Source: Octopus vulgaris (lineage: Eukaryota). Taken from it: 64,000 bases of DNA. The stretch covers positions 69,440,001 through 69,504,000 of the forward strand of contig OX597816.1 of NCBI GenBank assembly GCA_951406725.2, read 5' to 3'. A program made the translations under genes and the position numbers. Below, piece after piece: positions 55,471 to 64,000 of this stretch (position 1 is the stretch's first letter; every line of letters begins with the position of its first letter). The notes below the pieces were generated by a model. That model was not told the DNA's origin and searched no databases. It was given only the letters and a program-made list of their open reading frames with translations.

Positions 55471-56119
55471 TGAACTTCAGCTAATTCAGAAACACACATT
55501 TTACATATCCTTTAAATTGTTTAGAATTGGAATTTTCTTCGCATCTTTAGCAGAAATAGTTGGTAATTATGTTGTATAGAATCTATCATCTTATCGAAAT
55601 TGTTTGTAACTTCGATATGGAGAAAAGTTGCAAGAAATTATAATTGTATCTTATACACTATCCGCTTCCTGGAATTTATATCAACACCTTTATGGTTGGA
55701 TTTACCTTTTCTGAGAATTTAATAATCTTTAAAATAATTTTTTTTTAAAGTGTGCCTTGTTGGAAAACATATAAAGTCTGCTTATTACATTACTTCAAAG
55801 TCATGGAACTCTCTCTGAATGCTTCATAAGGATATTTATATGGTTGGAAAACATATATGCGATTTGGCTGATGAATACTGGACATTATATTTGCTGTAAT
55901 ATTTGCAGCTTCAAATAAAAATGTTCTCAGTATAAAACAATTGTACCGAATTACTGATCCATTGTTGTTACTTTTTTCTTGGCTATAATCACCCCATATA
56001 TTTTTATGATTAATACCATAAAGAATTCTGGTGCATCTAAGTTAAGTACCATATTCACTTGAATTCATTTGAATCTTAATTGCTTTGCTGAAATTATATA
56101 TATATATACATATGCATAT

Positions 56120-56150
<31 letters not shown>

Positions 56151-56184
56151 CACATACATGTAGATACATATATATATATATATG

Positions 56185-56233
<49 letters not shown>

Positions 56234-56291
56234 ATATATATATACATATCTATATATATGTATCTATGTGTGTGTATATGTATGTGTATTA

Positions 56292-56625
56292 AGGAACGTG
56301 GTTCAGTTGTTAGTGTGTCGAGTTTATATTACTGAGATCGATTATCGGACACAGGTTGCGTTCTTGAGTGAGCATTACGCTTTCTTTCACGTTGTTCCAT
56401 TACAACGTGAAAGTAATGCGTTACGACGTTACTGGTGCTATGCTTTATCGGCATTTGCATTCGCCTTGGACTACTCCGCTAGGACTGGAGATGGGAGGCT
56501 GTTATGATATGGGCGACTGCTGGTCTTCCGCAAACAAACTTTTCCTGACTTGTTCCTACAGAGGGAACTTTCTAGGTGCAATCCCATGGTCACTGGTGAC
56601 CGAAGAGTGTCTGTTTACCATGACC
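56292..56625 (+). mobile_element. Diverged tRNA-derived SINE (family C)
   Basis: Head CGTGGTTCAGTTGTTAGTGTG (A-box-like) and a GC-richer body ending in a (TTTACC)-like tail. Confidence 0.55.
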
Positions 56626-56691
56626 TATTTGTAAGTTTAATAAAAGTAAAATAGAGTAAAGAACGAAAAATATGCAAAATCATTTTGCCCC

Positions 56692-56742
<51 letters not shown>

Positions 56743-56745
<3 letters not shown>

Positions 56746-57760
56746 CTCTTTAAAGGTCGAATTATAAGTATTAAAGCGCTACCGATAGTTTCATATTTTG
56801 AGAAAACTCAAACATTGTTTAGGCGCAAACCACATATCATAACGAACTAAAGAAACTGAATAAGAGAAGAACCGTGAAAAAACTGAGAAGGCAGCATTTA
56901 GAAAGCGCAGACAGTAAACATCGGAGAACAGAAAATAGAGAAACGAACAACAAGAAAATAAAATTTCAGAAATAGAATGTAAAAAGTAAAAAATGTAAAA
57001 GAACCATCCTCTTTACACCTTAAATAATCAGGCTGGAAAGTTAACAAGTCAGTCAGGAATAGGCGGAAATTTCTAATTCTTCAAAATACATCTATATATA
57101 TATATATACATGAACCACTGAACGATTCTGACCTGGAGTTCAATAGAGTGTTAAGGATCTCAGATCTGAACAGGATCTGCGCTCTTTCAGCCAAAGAAAG
57201 TCCACATTTATTCAATCCATTCACATAAGGTATAGATTTTTCAACTCCTTTCCATTTAATCAGATGCGGTGTTTCGTAATTTTTAAAAGTCCATATGTAG
57301 CTAGCCAACTTATTAGCTTTACTTTTGACCCTAGTCGGAAGGAGGCTATATGATTGGCATAGCAGCTTTTATATTCACCTTCTTATAATCCAGTGTAGGA
57401 CTTCTTATCAGTTGTATTTTTATTTAGGGTTGCAGTAACGTCAGCTTCATATATATGATAGATTTAGTCGTACATTGTTGTTCAAGTGGACAGGATCCTG
57501 AGTCGCGACCGTTGCAACCGGATTCAGGCTTTCGGTATTGATCACGTATAATGATTCTCTTCCTATTGGGGCAGCTGATATATGATAATTTCAAAGAAAC
57601 ATCTATGAAATATTTCATGTATCTGTTAGTTTCTATATTAATGGAAAATATGTTTCAGTTTTCTCAACGCATGGAACTAGTAGTAGCGCTTTAATAAATA
57701 TATTGTAACCTTTAAATAAATAATATTTATCTCCCATCATTTTGAGCACTTTTTTTTTTG
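56743..57760 (-). pseudogene. Decayed Penelope-like element of a second lineage: GIY-YIG C-terminus + 3' UTR ending at (TA)n
   Basis: KLSYISCPN...CNGRDSGSCPLEQQC..KSIIY...KSYTGL*EGEYKSCYANHIASF...LASYIW..IKW..KSIPY...CGLSLAE...LLNSRSE follows the PLE KxSYSCxPN...CNCR..CPL..C..IIY...YIG...NH...LS.YIW...LNxRSE pattern. Confidence 0.8.
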
Positions 57761-57798
57761 CTGAAATTTCTGTCACGAATCAGTACACCATGTATATA

Positions 57799-57832
<34 letters not shown>

Positions 57833-57835
<3 letters not shown>

Positions 57836-58020
57836 AGAAATTACAAGAAAAAAGCAGATGAAGACAGGTGGTGTTGACAGGAAACAGATGTATTTATATA
57901 ACGCTCGGGAAGTGATATAGTTTTTAACGTTTCGAGCCTACGCTCTTCCACAGAAAGGAACACAGAAAGAAACAAGGAGAGGAAACAAAGCTTGTGTAGC
58001 GACTAGAGATATATCATGCA
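57833..58020 (-). mobile_element. Short PLE-end-like element with HHR-like motif, ending at (TA)n
   Basis: Minus strand TTT-CTGTGGAA-GAGC-GTAG-GCTC-GAAAC-GTT-AAA (57922-57957), same layout as the 13.7 and 37.3 kb elements. Confidence 0.65.
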
Positions 58021-59024
58021 TACATGCACTCACTACAACACCCTATCTTTTCTAACTACACTTTTACAACGCGTCTCTCATTATGAAGATAGGCTGAAAT
58101 TTCGTCAATAAATTTCATGTTGTCGCATGAAATTCACGGGAACTCGTTGCAACAACGTAACTTTATTGATCTGACTTCAACATGATTACTACGCTGAGGA
58201 ATGTTTGTAGCGCAAAAGTTTCATAATGAGCTTTCTCTAATTACGAAATGTATGTAGCTTACGTATGTGTGTGTGTGTGTTATTTAAAATACAAAGCTTT
58301 ATGTAATGTATATTTAGACATATGAATACAAAACAATTAGAAACAAATCTTGCCTGTGGGAAAACACAAAATATTGTTGTAACTGATATATCACTTCTAC
58401 AGGTGTTCTTTTGAACAAGTTAGAATATTTAGTTTATAGTTTTTAAGTTCCTTTAAAGAGGGACGTAGTAACGTAATATTTATAGTTTCTGTCGAGAAAA
58501 CGGTTGCATTTGATTGCAGCCCTTAAAACATGCTGGATTCCGTTGTGCTTAATGTTAGCTTTTATTTTTTTCCCTGAATATGTTTTACGAATCATGACTA
58601 TATATGCTGTATCTCAATATTTTTCCCATTTTTTCTTTGTTATACTTAGCTGCACAAGTAAAAAGGAGTAACAAAATGATTCGGTGTTTCTTGTACGATA
58701 AAATATTTATTATATACGGCACTATTGTTTCCGTAAGCATAAAATGGCAGTAGTTCCCCCTTGTTTTATAGCTCAAATTAAAAAATTTAAGAATACAAGG
58801 GTATAAGGAGAAATGTGTACTGAGACAGGAATCGAGATATAGAGGCTGAGAGGGAGAAAGAGAAGGAGAACGAGAGAGGAAAAGAGGGAGTAGAACACAG
58901 ACGAAATTAAAAGTACATGAAACTGTTTATAAACAGTTTGGCCATGGGCTCTTAGGAGCCTCGTTCGATTTGTTTTGCTCCGCCTCTGTTCTGTTTTTGT
59001 TTTTTCCAACGGATTTCCTATTTC

Positions 59025-59104
59025 TTCCTGAAGAGAAAGACACAATATGGTCTCATTATTCAATCGGAATTTGGTAAATTGTGCCTTTCGAAACACGTGT
59101 AGAA
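59025..59104 (+). ncRNA. Type I hammerhead ribozyme with canonical core
   Basis: Stem I TTC/GAA; CTGAAGA (59028-34); stem II GAAAGACACAAT/ATTGTGCCTTTC (11 of 12 bp); GAAA (59090-93); palindromic stem III ACACGTGT; GUA cleavage after 59101. Confidence 0.75.
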
Positions 59105-59315
59105 TGCAATAAAACGATTTCTGTTCAATCTTCGTTCAACTCCATTTCTTCAATTCACTAATAATATTAAAATTCAATTATCCGCACCAACGCACGGTTG
59201 CAACACCATATGGTTGTACCTCCAACCGTGCTGTCTTCTGCTGTGATTTTTGCTACCAAGGTATCGGTTAAACTTTTGATTAATCTGCAACAAGATTATT
59301 CATCTTTCTATTTCA

Positions 59316-59369
<54 letters not shown>

Positions 59370-59448
59370 CTCTCCTCAATACTCCTCCAAGAACACACAC
59401 CATAAATCACAACAGGAGACCCCACATCAACAAAGAACAACTATATAA

Positions 59449-61806
59449 CAGCTACCGTCCCAACCACCGCATTCATTTTTTAGACCCAATACGCAAACAC
59501 AGGGACACAAGATAGCACCAAACAAGCAGGAGGAACCAAAAGTAATAAAAATTATCAATCTAACTCACAAGGAACTAACAGCAAACCAAATAAACATACT
59601 TTCCAAAGGACTCAAGTTTACACCCACCCCACAACACCCCAACTACAACGAAATGAAAGAAGACATCGCAGAATTCTGCAGAAAATTAAGACTTACTGAG
59701 GAGCTATACGATAAATACAACGAGGACGAATCGTTAGCCAGAAATAGGAGTAACTACACCCCTTCGAAAGGTAAGAACAAAACACTTGATGATTTCTGTG
59801 ACCACATATCTAATTACCCATATCAACATATGCACAAACAAAAACACAAACCAAACTTCAGCAAAAAAGAATGGGCTGAGTTGAACAAATTAAAACAAGA
59901 TAAAACAATAACAATCAAAGAGGCCGATAAAGGGAGTGCTGTTGTCTTAATGGATACGACTTTTTACATAACCTTGGTTCTTTCTATGCTGGAAGACACA
60001 ACATACTATGAAAAGGCACAAAACTACAGTCAACAAAAAATAATGAGGGAACTAAAATCCATATTTAACCCATACAAAGCAGGGCTCACCGACAAAGAAT
60101 ATGATTATATGACCAATTTCACAAGTAAAACTAGCCAATTCTACGGTATACCTAAGATCCACAAAAGTGAAAAAATAAGCAACGCATGCAAGATAGCCAC
60201 AGACAAAATAATTAAAGTCCCTAATCCTAATGACCTCAAATTGAGACCCATAATAGCAGGTCCCGCATGCGAAACCCACCGCCTCAGTAACTTTTTAGAC
60301 ACCCTGTTAAAACCACTCCTCAAACATGTCAAAAGCTATATAAGGGACGACTTAGATATGCTCAATCACCTACCGAATACTATAAACCAAAACACCATAC
60401 TGGTATCCTTCGATGTAGTCAACCTCTACTCCAATATCCCCCACAACCTAGGACTAGAGGCAATCCAATTCTGGCTAGAGAATCACGCCAACGAACTACC
60501 ACACCGCATCAAAAAAGAATTCGTGATAGAAGGGGTTAAATTCATCCTGGAAAATAACTTCTTCGCCTTCAATGACAACTTCTACCGACAAAAATCGGGG
60601 ACTGCGATGGGTACACGAATGGCCCCCTCCTTTGCCAACCTAGTCATAGGATACCTAGAGATCAGTCTATATCGTAAGGTTCTAGAAAGATATGGCAGCC
60701 CTTTCTCCATCTACATAGAAAACAACTGGAAGAGATACCTAGATGACTGTTTCATTCTTTGGCATAAAAATATAGAAAAACTCATAGAATTCCAGGAAAT
60801 TTTAAACGGGCTGGACGTAAACATCCAATTCACGATGGAATATAGCCAGCAACAACTTCCCTTCCTCGATATCCTCATTAAGAAAGCTAATAATATAATA
60901 GAAACAGACATATACTATAAACCTACAGACTCTAAGCAATATCTTCCATTCAATTCATGCCACCCCAGACACACTAGGATGAATATCCCCTTCAATCTAG
61001 CAAAAAGGATATGCACTATAGTCTCTAACGCAAACACCAGAGACACACGACTACAAGAACTAAAAGATACCCTTATCACCAGGAACTATCCACCTTCACT
61101 TATTGACAAGTGCATTCAACGTGCCCTTCAACTTAACATCAAGGAACTGAGACATCCCAAATCAAAGAAAAACTTACAACCAAAAGCCTTACCATACATC
61201 TCCACACACAACCCTCTCAATAACGAAGCCTTCGGCACCATCCTCCACAACATACCCCTCCTAAAAAAAGACCACAGAATGAACACAATCCTCCAAACAC
61301 ACACGATCATAAAAAGCAAAAGACAGCCTAGATCCATGAAAAGTCTTCTAACACAAGCCCGAATTCACTCTTCAACACAGAAGCCGACAGTAAAAAAATG
61401 TGGAAGACCCAATTGCGGGATATGCGACTATCTAATCGAGGGTTCTGAGTTCTCCTTCAAACAGGGACAACGGTTTACAGTGAAAAGCAACTTCACATGT
61501 GCTTCGGAGAACCTAATATACTCACTAACCTGCTCCGGGTGTCAAGAGCAGTACATAGGCCAAACAAAAAATGGTTTGCGTAAACGAATGGCCCTGCACA
61601 GATCCCAGATAAAAATTCCCCAAAACAGAAAAATAGCTTTTAGCCAACACATAGATACTTGCGCCAACAAAAAAACACCAAACTTCAGAATTTTCCCCCT
61701 CTACCAATTTAGGGACGATACAACCTCGAGACAACGAATAAGTAAAGAAAATCTCTTTATTATAAAATACAGGCCACTTCTTAACGGGTCTACGACAAAC
61801 AATTAA
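59449..61806 (+). CDS. PLE reverse transcriptase + GIY-YIG endonuclease (frame open from 59449; first ATG 59653, 717 aa)
   Basis: INLT..LSKGLKFTPTP (upstream of the first ATG), EADKGS, FYGIPKIHK, LRPII, SFDVVNLYSNIP, QKSGTAMGTRMAPSFANL, RYLDD, LPFLD, YYKPTD, SCHP, linker CxxxxCxxC, LIY-SLTCSGC-QEQ-YIGQT...R...H...H...E...LN. No internal stops. Confidence 0.95.
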   Translation, partial: QLPSQPPHSFFRPNTQTQGHKIAPNKQEEPKVIKIINLTHKELTANQINILSKGLKFTPTPQHPNYNEMKEDIAEFCRKLRLTEELYDKYNEDESLARNRSNYTPSKGKNKTLDDFCDHISNYPYQHMHKQKHKPNFSKKEWAELNKLKQDKTITIKEADKGSAVVLMDTTFYITLVLSMLEDTTYYEKAQNYSQQKIMRELKSIFNPYKAGLTDKEYDYMTNFTSKTSQFYGIPKIHKSEKISNACKIATDKIIKVPNPNDLKLRPIIAGPACETHRLSNFLDTLLKPLLKHVKSYIRDDLDMLNHLPNTINQNTILVSFDVVNLYSNIPHNLGLEAIQFWLENHANELPHRIKKEFVIEGVKFILENNFFAFNDNFYRQKSGTAMGTRMAPSFANLVIGYLEISLYRKVLERYGSPFSIYIENNWKRYLDDCFILWHKNIEKLIEFQEILNGLDVNIQFTMEYSQQQLPFLDILIKKANNIIETDIYYKPTDSKQYLPFNSCHPRHTRMNIPFNLAKRICTIVSNANTRDTRLQELKDTLITRNYPPSLIDKCIQRALQLNIKELRHPKSKKNLQPKALPYISTHNPLNNEAFGTILHNIPLLKKDHRMNTILQTHTIIKSKRQPRSMKSLLTQARIHSSTQKPTVKKCGRPNCGICDYLIEGSEFSFKQGQRFTVKSNFTCASENLIYSLTCSGCQEQYIGQTKNGLRKRMALHRSQIKIPQNRKIAFSQHIDTCANKKTPNFRIFPLYQFRDDTTSRQRISKENLFIIKYRPLLNGSTTNN

Positions 61807-61919
61807 TATAGCTCAACTTAAGAATAAAAGAAATATATATACACACACAAATATTACATTCCATAGAATCCATTACTAATCGCCCCAAAACAGCTATATC
61901 TTCACCCATTCATATTCTC

Positions 61920-62100
61920 CCTTCTCTGTTTTTTTCTTCTTCTCCCTCTTCTTCTCCTTCTTCATCATCATCGTTATCATCATCATCGTCGTCATCGTCA
62001 TCACCACCATCATCATCGTCATCTTCTCCTTCTCCTTCTTCTTCTTCATCCTCATCATCATCGGCACCGTCATCTTCTTCTTCTTCTTCTACTTCTCCAC
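61920..62100. repeat. (TCA/TCT/TCG)n trinucleotide tract in the PLE 3' UTR
   Basis: Directly visible; produces the spurious D/E-rich minus-strand ORF. Confidence 0.9.
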
Positions 62101-62343
62101 CTTCTACCCCCACTAATGTCTTAAAGTATAACGCCTACGCAGCGACTGCCGGTCGCCACTGACCAGCCCAGATTTTCCCACTCCCACCCCCTCAAGAACT
62201 CACAACGACCTCGAATACACAAGTGCAAACAAGGGAGTCAGAGAAAGGCAGAATGCCACATATATCTGAACACTACTATGGAAGTATTCCTTTAAAAAAA
62301 CCTTTCTTCTAATTTTTCTAAATTTTTCTAAATTTAATTATTT

Positions 62344-62396
62344 AATCGTTACAGTTGAAAAGGTCTCAAAATGACCGAAACCGGTACTGAAAGATT
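62344..62396 (+). ncRNA. Minimal type I hammerhead ribozyme (U3:A8 variant) at the PLE 3' end
   Basis: Stem I CAG/CTG extended by TT/AA and AATC/GATT; core TTGAAAA; stem II GGTC-7nt-GACC; GAAA (62377-80); palindromic stem III ACCGGT; GUA cleavage after 62386. Confidence 0.8.
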
Positions 62397-62438
62397 CACT
62401 ATAAAATCATCTTAGCATTTTCTATTTTTGACTTGTTT

Positions 62439-62442
<4 letters not shown>

Positions 62443-62487
<45 letters not shown>

Positions 62488-62595
62488 CATATATATACAT
62501 ACACATATGTATAAATATACATATATATATATGTATATATACATATGTATAAATATATATATATGCATATGTATAAATATATATATATGCATATG

Positions 62596-62632
<37 letters not shown>

Positions 62633-62651
62633 GTATATATATGTAGATATT

Positions 62652-62712
<61 letters not shown>

Positions 62713-63316
62713 CTATATATATACATATACATATCTATATATATACATATACATATATATTTATATATATATATCTTTAAATATATATATACATATATAT
62801 ACATATCTATATATATACATATCTATATATATATATATACATATCTATATATATATACATATCTATATATATATATATACATATCTATATATATATACAT
62901 ATACATATATACATATACATATATATATATATATACATATACACATATATACATATACACATATATATATACATATACACATATATATATATACACACAT
63001 ATACATATATATACATATACATATATACATATACATATATATACATATACATATATATACATATATATATCTATATATATACATATCTATATTTATATAC
63101 ATATACATATCTATATATATACATATATATATATATATCTATATATATACATATATATCTATATATATACATATATATCTATATCTATATATATATACAA
63201 ATACATACATACATATGTATATATACATATATATATCTATATATATATATACATACAAATACATATATACATATGTATATATACATATATATATATATCT
63301 ATATATATATATACAA

Positions 63317-63362
<46 letters not shown>
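62443..63362. repeat. Degenerate (TA)n/(TACA)/(TATC) microsatellite
   Basis: Directly visible. Confidence 0.95.
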
Positions 63363-64000
63363 TTATTTATTTATTAGATAAATATTAATCATTAAAAAAG
63401 AGATAAAGCACGTAGAATATGACACACGCAAGGTAAACACCCTTTCATCAGATGTTGACTGAAGGTAGATCAAGGCAATTTCGGCACACTGATACACGCA
63501 TATATATATACTTACTCATACAGCTGTATGTATGTATGTATGTATGTATGTATGTATGTATGTATGTATGTATGTATATATGTATGTGTGTATGTATGTG
63601 TGTATGTATGTATGCATGTATATATGCACGTATGTGTGTATGTATGTATGTATGTATGTATGTACATTTGCGCGCGCCTGTGTGCGTTTGAGCGTGCGTG
63701 TATGTGTAAGATGACACAGTTTTAGATATATATTCATACAACTTAAATGGTTCAGAAGGAGAACTGTATTGATGTATAAGTACCAAGTGTTTGCAGCTAC
63801 TTGAGTCAACAAATTTATGCCGTTAGGTGTTGTTATACCGTTTCGATATAAAGATCAGTGCATCTATGGCGTTTAAGGTAGGTATTGTGTTTGAATTTCG
63901 CGGGAGAAGAATGTTTCGGCATTTTTCCTCCTTGTTCCATATTATATATAGTGAAAAAGAATGGCAGTTTATCTATTAATTTTATTTGTCTCAAAGGCGG

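Larger units (their letters stand above)
59367..62443 (+). mobile_element. Penelope-like retroelement (EN+), 5'-truncated, inserted in (TA)n
   Basis: Flanked by (TA)n on both sides. Intact RT-GIY-YIG frame, A/C-rich sense strand, 3' UTR with a pyrimidine tract and an HHR. Confidence 0.93.

Noticed and set aside
61910-62113. Acidic D/E-rich minus-strand ORF
   Set aside because: Translation of the TCA/TCT tract in the PLE 3' UTR.
61807-62340. SECIS element or selenoprotein recoding, as reported for some Naiad PLEs
   Set aside because: No in-frame TGA in the RT-EN frame and no clear SECIS core seen.

Overview
AT-rich, microsatellite-saturated eukaryotic DNA. The SINE families and (TA)n load look like an Octopus (coleoid cephalopod) genome, which is an inference from repeat content. 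I see no convincing host protein-coding exon, so the window is probably intronic or intergenic, and most ORF-track entries are translations of (TA)n/(CA)n/(TACA)n repeats. The only intact coding element is a 5'-truncated Penelope-like retroelement (PLE; RT + GIY-YIG, 59367-62443) inserted in (TA)n. Its RT frame overlaps an upstream frame across a U_UUU_UUA heptamer (candidate -1 ribosomal frameshift, or a splice acceptor), and it carries a minimal hammerhead ribozyme (HHR) at its 3' end. Six further HHR or HHR-like motifs occur in short PLE-end-like elements, three of them immediately upstream of this PLE (56.7-59.1 kb). The rest is SINEs (two main families, one forming tandem multimers), non-autonomous Helitrons, a MITE, decayed LINEs (HERO-, R4/Dong-, CR1/L2- and RTE-like), decayed Tc1 and mariner transposases, and two recent local copying events. 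All assignments come from reading the sequence by eye. No database search or folding program was run.
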